From the NCBI GenBank assembly GCA_964016885.1, contig OZ024757.1, positions 15,004,001 to 15,068,000 of the forward strand: a DNA stretch of 64,000 bases, read 5' to 3'. Positions 1 through 12,942 of the stretch are shown in pieces. The notes under the pieces were generated by a model, which searched no databases, was not told the origin of the DNA, and worked only from the letters and a program-made list of their open reading frames with translations. The DNA comes from Eledone cirrhosa. Lineage: Eukaryota. The translations under genes were made by a program, and so were the position numbers. The number at the start of each line of letters is the position of its first letter. Within the stretch, counting starts at the first letter, position 1.

Positions 1-405
1 ATCGCTTAAAATCTACATTTTCATATTATAAATACCACCAGGATTGAACGCCTGTCTCTATCTCCGTTTGATTGTCAAAATAGATATTAACATTCTCTAT
101 TAGTCTTAATTCTATCAACTCTTCTATTATTTACCATTTAATATAAACTGCTATAGATAAAATGAGATTTCTGATTTCTTAATTCAATTCCCTAATGCAT
201 ATACCAGCTGGCTACTAGCATTGATGTTATTCAGTAGCAATCGAAATCTCCTCCCCAATTGACACTTTATAATTAATACTACTACACCAAATGACCAGCC
301 CTGTCCACTGTCCAATTGGTCAAGTATAGATTAAAATTGGCACTCCCAAAAATTCTTATTTAGATAAAATAAACCATTTACTCATGGTATTCTCATTAGA
401 AACCC
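1..405 (+). mobile_element. Penelope-like element 3' region/pseudo-LTR fragment
   Basis: Slightly diverged copy of 3124-3528; breaks at AGAAACCC and joins Gypsy RNase H sequence. Confidence 0.8.
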
Positions 406-1835
406 GGCGGAGATGCTGATAAAGCGCCGCCTGGGAACGTTAGGAGAGCTGGCCACCGAGTTCGACCTGAAGCTGAGCGTAGTGTTCGTGCCCTCAGAGA
501 AAAATAGGGCGGACATCTTAACTAGAGTGAAGAAAGCCTGAATGGAAGCGCCGGAGGAGGTAGAGGATGAGATAGCTGCCGTGTGTCGGTTGACCGAGTT
601 AGACCTGAAGGGGTTACATGACATGCACCACATGGGGGTGGATAGGAGCCTGTTCCTAGCCAGGAGAATCGACTCGGACGTTAGCAGACACAGGGGGGTG
701 GTTAGAGGCTGCGTCCGATGTCAGTCCATTGATCCCGCCCCGGGTGTACACGAAACGGGAAGCCTCCCGGTGGATCGCGACTGGAAGCGATTAGCGGTGG
801 ATGTGACGCACTACCAGCAGGGAACGTACCTCTAGATGGTCGACTGTGGACCAGGTCGAATGGCGATATGGAGGGAGATGAAGACTGGAACGGCCGAGGA
901 AATCGTGCAGACATTGAGAGGTGTTCTTGGAGCGGGGCCCTGTGGATGAACTGCTGATGGACAACAGCGCAGCGTTCCGCTCGGAGGCACTGAGGGAGAT
1001 GCTCGATGGATGGAAGGTGGACCGTTTCTTCAGAGCGGCGCACAGGCCGAGCGGGAATGGAATCGTGGAGCGACACCACCGGACGATCAAGGCAATGGCG
1101 GAGCGGGCCATATCTCACCAATGGAGGCAGTGTTCTGGTATAATATGTCCCCTCGGGTTGGACAGGTCGAGGAATCGGTGCCACACAGAGCAGTATTCAA
1201 ATACGAGTGGCGGCACCCGTGCACGCCACCACAACGGCCAGTGGGGAGAGAGAGTGCATTCGTGCAGGTGGGCGAAGAAGTCTGGGTTAAGCCCCCCAGA
1301 TGTACGGTGCACATCTCAATGGGGAAGGGGAACGGTGACGGCCGTAAATTCAAAGAACAATGTGTCCGTGGACGGGGTACCACGTCATGTCCTGGATGTA
1401 AGAAGAATCACTGTGTCAACGGACTCCGAGGAAGAGGAAACCCAAGATGAGGTGGAAACCCAGAGCCCTGCCCCAATACTACGAAGATCGCAACGAAGTC
1501 GTAGACCACCGACCTGGACGGCAGACTTTCATATGCAGAGGGACGAGGGGGAATTTGATCCTTGAGATCAGGGGGGCGTGTGGGTATGGTGTGGTGTGCG
1601 GTGGCCGGGGGAGTGCTCGACCGGAAGGTGTTTTTGAGTGCTCGACCGGAAGGGGTCTTTGACCGGAAGGATGCTCGACCGGAAGGGCCAGGAGAGGGCC
1701 TCTCTAGTGGTGACCAGCATACGGTGAGGACGCGTTTTGGGCAGTTCCCGGTGTTAAGCAGTCGGACGCACGTGGAAGAGGAGTACCTGCAGTGGAATTT
1801 AGCGGCGCCTGTGAAAAGCGGTAAGTGAGATAGCT
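406..1835 (+). mobile_element. Gypsy/Ty3 LTR retrotransposon fragment (end of RNase H, integrase, polypurine tract, partial 3' LTR)
   Basis: Same sequence as 6672-8101; integrase motifs LAVDVTHY, LLMDN, GNGIVERHHRTIK; stops and frameshifts. Confidence 0.9.
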
Positions 1836-1839
1836 TTTT

Positions 1840-3818
1840 CTAACCACAATTACTATGGGTTCTAATGATTCGGCGGAAGTAACAGATCTTGTGGGAATTT
1901 ATATCACCCACAGACTACAAGGAAAATTCAAGGATCTCCACGGTGATGATGCGCTCCTATTAGTTAAGCATATGAACAACCAGAATTTAGAAAGGATGCG
2001 TAAAAATATCAGAAAGCTTTTTAAGGAACTAGGATTAAATATTACATTTGAATATAACCTCAAAGAGGTCAATTTCCTTGATGTTACTTTGAATCTCAAT
2101 ACAGATACGATTAAACCGTTCCATAAACTAAATGAGAACCTTAAATATGTAAATACGAGTTCTAACCATCCACTCTCTATAATTAAATCCATCCCTAGAA
2201 ATGTTTCTCTTAGAATCTCCCGCCTGTCGTCCAACCAACAAACCTTCAAAGAACATGCCGATATTATGATGATGCACTTAGGAAAGCCGGACACCTAGAT
2301 AATATAGAGTATATAGTCGAAGATCACCAAAACACCCAAAATAAATCCCATAGGAGTAGAAATAGCACAGAATCACCACCATACATACACTACCGCAATA
2401 GACACAATAATAGTCGCACACCACCAAACAGAAGGCGATGTAAAGAGTATATTTGGTACAACCCGGTCTATAACAACTCTATCCTCACGATTCTTTCGAT
2501 TAGTAAAAAAACACTTTCCAACATCACATAAATATAATAAAATCTTAAACCCTAACACTATTCGACTTTCATATTCAACCGCCCCTAATATTGAACATAT
2601 AAAAAAGCTTAACGCAAAACGGTTGTATAAATGCCTTCCAACACATAACAATACACGTAAAACATTAGCTATAACATCACAAAACAACAAACATCCTGCC
2701 CTACCTAAGCAACCTCATCAACCCATCCATGACAATACAACGCAAAATTATAATTGTAACTGTGTCCAACCAGGAATGTGACCGTTGAACAATCAGTGTC
2801 TTGAACGCAACATCATATACAAATGTACTATCGAATCGGATAGACAGAAGTGGTACTATGTGGGATCTACAGCCACCTCCTTCAAATCACGCCTTTATAG
2901 ACATCGTTACTCGATAAAACATGAAAACCAGCGTTATGTAACAACACTCGCAGACAAGGCTTGGCAGTTGCGTGAAAATAACCAACAATTTCACCTAAAA
3001 TGGGATATAATAGCCCCACATATCCCACGGACAGGAATTTTGTAAATTATGTAATATGGAATTATTATGAAATCCAAAAACATTTTATTAAATAACAGAA
3101 TAGAGCGATCGTTATACTGTAACCATCGCTTAAAATCTATATTTTCATATTATAAATACTACCAAGATTGAACGCCTGTCTCTATCTCCGTTTGATTGTC
3201 AAAATAGATATTAACATTCTCTATTAGTCTTAATTCTATCAACTCTTCTATTATTTACCATTTAATATAAACTGCTATAGATAAAATGAGATTTCTGATT
3301 TCTTAATTCAATTCCCTAATGCATATACCAGCTACTAGCATTGATGTTATTCAGTAGCAATCGAAATCTCCCCCTTCCCCAATTGACACTTTATAATTAA
3401 TACTACTACACCAAATGACCAGCCCTGTCCACTGTCCAATTGGTCAAGTATAGATTAAAATTGGCACTCCCAAAAATTCTTATTTAGATAAAATAAACCA
3501 TTTACTCATGGTATTCTCATTAGAAACCCTTTATATACTTGTTTAGCAGTAAATTGAATTACCATCTGTCATATACTATCCCCTCTCTTCTTCCTCTATT
3601 ACTAATATAAATACTTCAATTTTTCTGATTTTATCCAATTTATCCAAAATCTCTGAAGAAGTGACAACTGATTATACATTTGCTATCGAATACTTGCTAA
3701 CATTATATGATTACGCAAGCAGCGATACATAGGTATTCCGTCTGTTACAGAAACATATGTCAATACCTAATAAATTCTTTTTAAAAAAAGCACTTTCATT
3801 TTATATTCATCTTTTCTA
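1840..3818 (+). mobile_element. Penelope-like element 3' half (RT C-terminal part, GIY-YIG endonuclease, 3' region), degraded
   Basis: TMGSNDSAEVTDLVG, VNFLDVTLNL, SNHP RT motifs; QCLERNIIYKC...YYVGST...FKSRLYRH GIY-YIG at 2785-3045. Confidence 0.92.
3653..3774 (+). ncRNA. Candidate hammerhead ribozyme in Penelope pseudo-LTR (copy at 9919-10040)
   Basis: CTGAAGA core 3653-3659, stem II GTGACA/TGTTAC, GAAA 3750-3753, palindromic stem III ACATATGT, GTC site 3759-3761, AATAAA just downstream; stem I weak. Confidence 0.6.
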
Positions 3819-3974
3819 CATTTTCTCCGGAATATAATTTATACTCGTTGAGCAAACCTACACGTACGCTGTTCATCTCTAACGTAACGATATATTATCA
3901 CTACATTATTGATACCCTGAAATTTTAATAATCTCCTATACAGTTGAGCAACTAATTCAGCATACGCCTCTAAA

Positions 3975-4720
3975 ATGGAAAGGCACCAATTGGATATGTC
4001 GTTAAAAAACATACCTATTCAGTCAAAAAAGGAATATATTCTAGGTATGATACGAAGGACCAATGATTTTATTCGACGAATCAGATGGAAAACATTCCAT
4101 TTTGACAAAAGCCGTATAAACCAAACATCGGATCTTAACAAGGATAAATTTGGATTTAAATCTTACAAAAACCCACCCTCAAACCCACTTTTGGATGCAT
4201 TTGAACAAGACCTAATGGATATGATCATGGAGATCAAATTTACAAAACGGAAGAACAATAAACTACAGAATGACATCACGGCACTGCTCAATAATCTAAA
4301 AAACGCCAATGGAATTATTGTTAGAGCAGACAAAACATCAAACGTATATACCATGGATGTGGACACTTACAATAACTTCATCCGTAAGGAATTGCATAAA
4401 AAATACAAGAAAACTAATGAAGCTACACTTAAAAACATCAACAACTCGGCATGTGAAATTGTTAAAAAACTTTGTATTGACGATGGAACGCAACCCTTAA
4501 CACCAGCTATACCATCCTTCAACCTGAAGGACCACAAGGTAAACTTCGATACTAACCCTAAGATTAGACTTATATGCCCCTCTAAATCTGATATAGGCAA
4601 AATTAGCAAATATATACTAGACAGAATTATCCCCCAAGTTAAGGTTAAAGTAGAAATTAAACTATGGGGTAACACTCATGAAGCAATAAGATGGTTTAGT
4701 GACATTACTGATAAGAACAA
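3975..4720 (+). pseudogene. Penelope-like element ORF, N-terminal part, interrupted by Gypsy fragment
   Basis: SLKNIPIQSKKEY, ADKTSNVY, LKDHKVNFDTNPKIRLICPSKSDIGKISK are typical Penelope N-terminal/RT motifs. Confidence 0.92.
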
Positions 4721-4965
4721 GCCCGGATCATAGCGGAAGATGCCAAAAAGAGTGTCGCGGCGATAGCGACTACGGAGGCTCAGGACACCTGGCAGCGAAA
4801 TGGTCAAACGGAGGCAACTTCGGCACGCGGCCGTTCGCGAGAATTTAGGGGCCGCTGTTTTAGGTGTCACGGCCCGCATATGGCTAGAGACTGTAGAGAG
4901 TCAAAGCCGGATATAATTTGCTACCGGTGTAAGCGACCAGGCCACATCGCTACTAACTGCGACCA

Positions 4966-5009
4966 GGGAAACGGTCCAAGGGGAACTACTGTGCCGGTAG
5001 TTGCCCCTT
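4966..5009 (+). promoter_or_regulatory. -1 programmed ribosomal frameshift signal (gag-pol)
   Basis: G_GGA_AAC slippery heptamer in gag frame, 5-nt spacer, hairpin AAGGGG-AACTAC...GTAGTT-G-CCCCTT; the -1 frame is open into the protease ORF at 5029. Confidence 0.85.
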
Positions 5010-5028
5010 ACGAGTAGCAGCGCTGCCC

Positions 5029-7831
5029 GTGGTGGAAGTCTTCGTGAGGGGGAAGCCACAGCGAGCCCTCGTGGATACGGGCTGTACGACGACACTGGTG
5101 ACCGCAGGGGTGGCGCAGAGGTGGGGAGGGAAGAGCAGCGTAAGGGCAGTCGACGGCAGGAAAATTGAATGCCGAGGTCGCAGCGAGATGGAAATAGCGG
5201 TACGGGGAAGGACGATAAGGCTTTCCGCCATCGTGGTAGACAGTGTGGTGGATGGGATCGGCGTGGTTATGGGCATGGACGCGATTGGCCGTCTAGGGGG
5301 CGTCACGGTGAACAATGTCGGTGTGTCGTTTGGCGCCGCTGCATCGGTATGCGCTGTGAGTGCACGTCATGAGAACCAGAAGGCCCACAAGGAGCAATAC
5401 CCCGCTTACACTGTACAGGACAAGGACTTCAAGGCCGTGTTTGATGGGCAGCGATGGGTTGTTGAGTGGTACTGGAAGGGAGAACCACCAACACTGAAGA
5501 CCAAAGTGGGCTGCTATCAACACACATTGAAGGGAAACGCTAGGGGCGAGTTCGAGCGAGAAGTAGAGAGATGGCTCGAAGAGGGCATACTGCTTCCCTG
5601 GAAGGAGGTGAAGTGCGGAGTATTGCCGTTGATGGCGGTGGTGCAACCCACGAAGAGCAAGGTGAGGCTGGTGCTGGACTATCGAGAGCTGAACGAGCAT
5701 GTGTCATGCCACACGGGTGGCGAGGTCACGGATGTCTGTGGGGAAACCCTGCGTGAGTGGAGACGCATGACGGGGGGTTCAGCGATCGTGGATCTAAAGT
5801 CGGCTTACTTGCAGTTGCATATAGATGAGAAGCTCTGGCGGTATCAGCTGGTCAGGTATAAGGGCCGGACATATTGCCTGACCAGGCTCGGTTTCGGGCT
5901 GAGCTCCGCACCGAAGATCATGGCGGCGGTCCTCAAGACCGCTCTGGGGAGGGCCGACAAGATAAAGAGGGCTACTAACTCCTACATTGACGACATCCTA
6001 GTGGACGAGTCGGTGGTGTCGACGGCGGAGGTCACGAGCCATTTGCGGAGGTATGGACTGACTGCGAAGCCATCAGAAGCATTGGAGGGAGGAGCCGCGC
6101 TGGGACTTAGGCTACGGCGAGATAAGACGGGCGTTTTGGTGTTCCAGAGGGGAAACGAAGTTCCGGAACTGGGCCCAAGTATGAATAGGCGGGAGCTTTT
6201 CTCGGTGTGTGGAAAGCTGGTGGGTCACTACCCGATCGCTGGGTAGCTCCGGACGGCATGCAGCTATGTCAAGAGACGAGCGGGAGGGGTGACTTGGAGT
6301 GACAGAGTGGGAGAGAGAACGGTGGCCATGATGCAGGAGATCGTGGGGAGGGTGAAGGCCGACGACCCAGTGCGGGGACGCTGGTACGTTCCCAAATCAC
6401 GGAGCGGGACCGTATGGTGCGATGCCAGCAGCATAGCGCTGGGTGTCACGTTGGAGATAGGAGGTGTTGAGGTCGAGGATGCAGCCTGGCTTAGAAAGAA
6501 GGACGACTGCAGCCACATCAATGTGGCCGAGCTGGACGCGGTGTTGAGAGGGGTGAACCTCGCCCTGCGGTGGGGGCTGCGCACCATCGAGATACGCACC
6601 GACTCGGCTACCGTACTCGGATGGGTAAGATCAGTGCTCACCAGTGAGAAGAGAGTGCGAACGAGAGGCGCGGCGGAGATGCTGATAAAGCGCCGCCTGG
6701 GAACGTTAGGAGAGCTGGCCACCGAGTTCGACCTGAACCTGAGCGTAGTGTTCGTGCCCTCAGAGAAAAATAGGGCGGACATCTTAACTAGAGTGAAGAA
6801 AGCCTGAATGGAAGCGCCGGAGGAGGTAGAGGATGAGATAGCTGCCGTGTGTCGGTTGACCGAGTTAGACCTGAAGGGGTTACATGACATGCACCACATG
6901 GGGGTGGATAGGAGCCTGTTCCTAGCCAGGAGAATCGACTCGGACGTTAGCAGACACAGGGGGGTGGTTAGAGGCTGCGTCCGATGTCAGTCCATTGATC
7001 CCGCCCCGGGTGTACACGAAACGGGAAGCCTCCCGGTGGATCGCGACTGGAAGCGATTAGCGGTGGATGTGACGCACTACCAGCAGGGAACGTACCTCTA
7101 GATGGTCGACTGTGGACCAGGTCGAATGGCGATATGGAGGGAGATGAAGACTGGAACGGCCGAGGAAATCGTGCAGACATTGAGAGGTGTTCTTGGAGCG
7201 GGGCCCTGTGGATGAACTGCTGATGGACAACAGCGCAGCGTTCCGCTCGGAGGCACTGAGGGAGATGCTCGATGGATGGAAGGTGGACCGTTTCTTCAGA
7301 GCGGCGCACAGGCCGAGCGGGAATGGAATCGTGGAGCGACACCACCGGACGATCAAGGCAATGGCGGAGCGGGCCATATCTCACCAATGGAGGCAGTGTT
7401 CTGGTATAATATGTCCCCTCGGGTTGGACAGGTCGAGGAATCGGTGCCACACAGAGCAGTATTCAAATACGAGTGGCGGCACCCGTGCACGCCACCACAA
7501 CGGCCAGTGGGGAGAGAGAGTGCATTCGTGCAGGTGGGCGAAGAAGTCTGGGTTAAGCCCCCCAGATGTACGGTGCACATCTCAATGGGGAAGGGGAACG
7601 GTGACGGCCGTAAATTCAAAGAACAATGTGTCCGTGGACGGGGTACCACGTCATGTCCTGGATGTAAGAAGAATCACTGTGTCAACGGACTCCGAGGAAG
7701 AGGAAACCCAAGATGAGGTGGAAACCCAGAGCCCTGCCCCAATACTACGAAGATCGCAACGAAGTCGTAGACCACCGACCTGGACGGCAGACTTTCATAT
7801 GCAGAGGGACGAGGGGGAATTTGATCCTTGA
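5029..7831 (+). pseudogene. pol: Gypsy pol polyprotein with in-frame stops (6244, 6805, 7099) and frameshifts
   Basis: Consecutive ORFs 5029-6246, 6289-6807, 6808-7101, 7187-7831 carry PR, RT, RH and INT motifs. Confidence 0.92.
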
Positions 7832-7844
7832 GATCAGGGGGGCG

Positions 7845-8101
7845 TGTGGGTATGGTGTGGTGTGCGGTGGCCGGGGGAGTGCTCGACCGGAAGGTGTTTT
7901 TGAGTGCTCGACCGGAAGGGGTCTTTGACCGGAAGGATGCTCGACCGGAAGGGCCAGGAGAGGGCCTCTCTAGTGGTGACCAGCATACGGTGAGGACGCG
8001 TTTTGGGCAGTTCCCGGTGTTAAGCAGTCGGACGCACGTGGAAGAGGAGTACCTGCAGTGGAATTTAGCGGCGCCTGTGAAAAGCGGTAAGTGAGATAGC
8101 T
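7845..8101 (+). repeat. Partial Gypsy 3' LTR with four GACCGGAAGG repeats (copy at 1579-1835)
   Basis: Starts TGT right after purine tract; no terminal ACA seen, so truncated. Confidence 0.65.
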
Positions 8102-8104
8102 TTT

Positions 8105-10084
8105 TCTAACCACAATTACTATGGGTTCTAATGATTCGGCGGAAGTAACAGATCTTGTGGGAATTTATATCACCCACAGACTACAAGGAAAATTCAAGGA
8201 TCTCCACGGTGATGATGCGCTCCTATTAGTTAAGCATATGAACAACCAGAATTTAGAAAGGATGCGTAAAAATATCAGAAAGCTTTTTAAGGAACTAGGA
8301 TTAAATATTACATTTGAATATAACCTCAAAGAGGTCAATTTCCTTGATGTTACTTTGAATCTCAATACAGATACGATTAAACCGTTCCATAAACTAAATG
8401 AGAACCTTAAATATGTAAATACGAGTTCTAACCATCCACTCTCTATAATTAAATCCATCCCTAGAAATGTTTCTCTTAGAATCTCCCGCCTGTCGTCCAA
8501 CCAACAAACCTTCAAAGAACATGCCGATATTATGATGATGCACTTAGGAAAGCCGGACACCTAGATAATATAGAGTATATAGTCGAAGATCACCAAAACA
8601 CCCAAAATAAATCCCATAGGAGTAGAAATAGCACAGAATCACCACCATACATACACTACCGCAATAGACACAATAATAGTCGCACACCACCAAACAGAAG
8701 GCGATGTAAAGAGTATATTTGGTACAACCCGGTCTATAACAACTCTATCCTCACGATTCTTTCGATTAGTAAAAAAACACTTTCCAACATCACATAAATA
8801 TAATAAAATCTTAAACCCTAACACTATTCGACTTTCATATTCAACCGCCCCTAATATTGAACATATAAAAAAGCTTAACGCAAAACGGTTGTATAAATGC
8901 CTTCCAACACATAACAATACACGTAAAACATTAGCTATAACATCACAAAACAACAAACATCCTGCCCTACCTAAGCAACCTCATCAACCCATCCATGACA
9001 ATACAACGCAAAATTATAATTGTAACTGTGTCCAACCAGGAATGTGACCGTTGAACAATCAGTGTCTTGAACGCAACATCATATACAAATGTACTATCGA
9101 ATCGGATAGACAGAAGTGGTACTATGTGGGATCTACAGCCACCTCCTTCAAATCACGCCTTTATAGACATCGTTACTCGATAAAACATGAAAACCAGCGT
9201 TATGTAACAACACTCGCAGACAAGGCTTGGCAGTTGCGTGAAAATAACCAACAATTTCACCTAAAATGGGATATAATAGCCCCACATATCCCACGGACAG
9301 GAATTTTGTAAATTATGTAATATGGAATTATTATGAAATCCAAAAACATTTTATTAAATAACAGAATAGAGCGATCGTTATACTGTAACCATCGCTTAAA
9401 ATCTATATTTTCATATTATAAATACTACCAAGATTGAACGCCTGTCTCTATCTCCGTTTGATTGTCAAAATAGATATTAACATTCTCTATTAGTCTTAAT
9501 TCTATCAACTCTTCTATTATTTACCATTTAATATAAACTGCTATAGATAAAATGAGATTTCTGATTTCTTAATTCAATTCCCTAATGCATATACCAGCTA
9601 CTAGCATTGATGTTATTCAGTAGCAATCGAAATCTCCCCCTTCCCCAATTGACACTTTATAATTAATACTACTACACCAAATGACCAGCCCTGTCCACTG
9701 TCCAATTGGTCAAGTATAGATTAAAATTGGCACTCCCAAAAATTCTTATTTAGATAAAATAAACCATTTACTCATGGTATTCTCATTAGAAACCCTTTAT
9801 ATACTTGTTTAGCAGTAAATTGAATTACCATCTGTCATATACTATCCCCTCTCTTCTTCCTCTATTACTAATATAAATACTTCAATTTTTCTGATTTTAT
9901 CCAATTTATCCAAAATCTCTGAAGAAGTGACAACTGATTATACATTTGCTATCGAATACTTGCTAACATTATATGATTACGCAAGCAGCGATACATAGGT
10001 ATTCCGTCTGTTACAGAAACATATGTCAATACCTAATAAATTCTTTTTAAAAAAAGCACTTTCATTTTATATTCATCTTTTCTA
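8105..10084 (+). mobile_element. Penelope-like element 3' half (continuation of 3975-4720)
   Basis: Same as 1840-3818; RT and GIY-YIG motifs. Confidence 0.92.
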
Positions 10085-10709
10085 TATATACATATATATA
10101 TATATATTATTAATATATATGTTATTATTACATAACCATATATAAATTTATTATTAATCATCAACCAACAATTATTAATAAGAAGAAATAATAAAAAATA
10201 AAAAATTTTATGTTTAAAATATAGGAATGTTTCTAAACCCATGGAAATTCAGAGATTTTACCAAAGAATAATCTCTTCTTCGCAATACAGCATGAAGGAA
10301 ATTAAGTGATTTATTTGTAATTTAGATAGCTCTAAGGATTAAATGTTATAAAGGTTAAGATGATAAAAAAGTTAAGATTATAAAAAAAATCTTATACTAT
10401 TTTATAGTAAGTTATAATTTTATAAATTTTATATATTTTATAAATACACCTGTTATACAGTTGTGACTGTTAAAATATAAGTTTGTTTACTATTACGTCT
10501 TAAAGTTTTTCATAAGGATACATCTAAAGCATAAACAGTAAAAAACCTTTTATACGTGTTCATTCATAGAATGTATTCAAATTATACATTTTGATATATA
10601 TACATATACATACAGACATACATACATGTATACATGATGGCTGCCCCCTCATTATCGAGTATGGCCATTGCACGAGAAAAAAAAAAATAAAATGAAAATA
10701 AAATAAAAA

Positions 10710-10710
10710 G

Positions 10711-10749
<39 letters not shown>

Positions 10750-10762
10750 AATATATGTATAT

Positions 10763-10810
<48 letters not shown>
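10710..10810. repeat. (TA)n microsatellite
   Basis: Direct inspection. Confidence 0.95.
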
Positions 10811-10814
<4 letters not shown>

Positions 10815-11137
10815 ATAGAGGTGTAACACACAAGTTATTATATATTGGTAAACGGAATAGAAAATTCTGACAAATTGTTCACAGTGAAAAATAGTTTCAT
10901 TAGGAATAAGTGAGAATTAGTAATTGATAGGGAGCAGCGGCTGTTAGGGCAAGACGTGTTTTCTTGGGCTCTGCTAGAGTCAGCAGCAACACGCAACACA
11001 CAACCACGTGTTGCTACACACAAGGGGAAAGAGAAAAATTATGAGACCAATAGAGATATGTACATTTATATTTATATCTAAATATTGCTATTATCATTTA
11101 CAGTCCCTCTGTGTTTAATGTATGTTCATTAGTATAT

Positions 11138-11439
11138 GTGTTATTTCTGCTTGCATTTTACATATACATATATATATATCTATGCTTGCGTGGACCCCTC
11201 TCAAAAAATTTGTTGGATTTTCTAATTGGATACCCCGAAACTGGATACCAACACTGAATACACCTGAACTTCTACCAGGAAATCTTTCGTTGTTATTTCT
11301 GCTTACATTTTACATATATACATATATATATCAATGCTTGCGTGGACCCCTCTCAAAAATTTGTTGGATTTTTTAATTGGATACCCCGAAACTGGATACC
11401 AACACTGAATACACCTGAACTTCTACCAGGAAATCTTTC
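11138..11439. repeat. Two tandem copies of a ~151-bp unit
   Basis: TGTTATTTCTGC...CTACCAGGAAATCTTTC at 11138-11288 and 11291-11439. Confidence 0.9.
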
Positions 11440-11754
11440 ATATCAGTGAAATTTTCTTTTCTTTGCTTCATATATATATATTATATATACTTGTCCGCCA
11501 TTGCAAAAGACCATAAATTCAAAATTTTGAAGAGAGAGGAAAAGAGACAAGTGATCTATGAACTTGTACATCTCACTGACCCCCCGCCACCACAATAACA
11601 ATAACGTCTACACTCGCTCCCCACCATCACCACAGTACTCATTACTCTATCTAAGGTGGCTGACCTGTTCCCTGTTGACATACTGCTGACTCTTTTGATG
11701 TATGTATGTGTATATACATATATATATGTGTGTATATGTATGGATGCGACCAGA

Positions 11755-11990
11755 TTTCAACACAGCAACAACTACAACAACAACAGCAGCAACACCAACA
11801 ACAACACCACCAACAACAACACCATTGTCTGCAGCAACAGCAACAGTGAAATGAAGAACAACAACAACAGCGACAACAGCAACAACGACTACAATAACTA
11901 CAGCACCAACAACTGCCACCACCATCACTGACCATCCACCACCACCACACTGACACCATCCACCACCATTCACCAACGCCATTACCAGCG
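11755..11990. repeat. Degenerate (CAA/CAG/CAC)n low-complexity tract
   Basis: Direct inspection. Confidence 0.9.
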
Positions 11991-12117
11991 TAAAGCAAAC
12001 AATTATTATTATTGTTATTATATACAAGCTGAACTGGACTGGGAAAGGTCAACAGTTGACATGATATTGATTTTGATGATTTTGATTTTGATTTTGTATT
12101 TGTATCAGTACTGTCGG

Positions 12118-12914
12118 TAATATATGTTTATATATGTGTTTGTGAGTGGTGTGTGTGATTGTATGCATGAATGAGTGTTGGTATGTGAGTGGCGTGTGTG
12201 TGGTTGTGGTTTGTATGCATGAGTGTTTGTGTGTGCGGCGTGTCAATAAGTTTTTTTCTTTTTAATGACCATGCTGTAAAATGGAGGGGTAGAGAGGGCC
12301 CTTGAGTCTAGTAAGACATCCTCTCTAGTGCTGGTGGCACAAATAAAAGCACCCAGTCCATGCTGTAAAGTGGCGCTGGTGTTAGGAAGGGCATCCAACC
12401 AGTGTATCAATGCCAAAACGCTTATCAGCACAGCAACAAAACAGCATAGGAACAACAACAAAATATGAAGATGTCGCATCTCAGAGTTGCAACACTTAAT
12501 GTTGGCACTCTCAGAGGTAGATCTGCTGAAATAGCGGAGATGCTGGAGAGAAGGCAGGTGGATGTGTGCTGCGTGCAAGAGGTGAGATGGAGAGGTGCCT
12601 CTGCGAGACTAGTCGTAGGCAAGCGTCTTAGCTATAAGCTATTCTGGGTAGGTAAGGATGATGGGCTAGGGGGAGTAGGCATTTTCCAGGCTGAGAAATG
12701 GATCAATAAGACAATAGAGGTAGTTCAAATTAGTAATCGAATAATTAAGCTTAGATTAGTTGTAGGTAGGAGACTACTGACAATCATCTCGGCCTATGCT
12801 CCCCAAGCAGGCCTAGGCAAAGATGAGAAAGACTGCTTTTATGAGCAACTTTTGCAAACAACCACAATGACAGAGGACGGAGACATTGTTATGCTAGCAG
12901 GAGACTTCAATGGT
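12118..12914 (+). mobile_element. RTE LINE 5' UTR and start of APE domain; duplicate of 15154-15958
   Basis: LRVATLNVGTLRG, CVQEVRW, SAYAPQ, GDFNG; near-identical to the downstream copy. Confidence 0.92.
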
Positions 12915-12942
12915 TATTATTATTAATGACTTCAATTATTAT

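Larger units (their letters stand above)
406..3818 (+). repeat. 3.4-kb direct duplication, copy 1 (copy 2 at 6672-10084)
   Basis: ORF track repeats with a constant offset of 6266 (542/6808, 1855/8121, 2785/9051) and identical translations. Confidence 0.95.
4721..8101 (+). mobile_element. Gypsy/Ty3 LTR retrotransposon, 5'-truncated (gag C-terminus, PR-RT-RH-INT, partial 3' LTR)
   Basis: Gag zinc knuckles CFRCHGPHMARDC and CYRCKRPGHIATNC; protease LVDTG; RT YIDD; RNase H WCDAS/AELDA/IRTDS; integrase after RH; purine tract 7836-7844 then TGT at 7845. Confidence 0.95.

Noticed and set aside
7880-7955. Short GACCGGAAGG repeats as a CRISPR-like array
   Set aside because: Irregular short spacing inside a Gypsy LTR; eukaryotic context, no cas genes
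11647-12052. Poly-Val/Cys/Asn ORFs (also 10560-10833, 18783-19026)
   Set aside because: Translations of microsatellites
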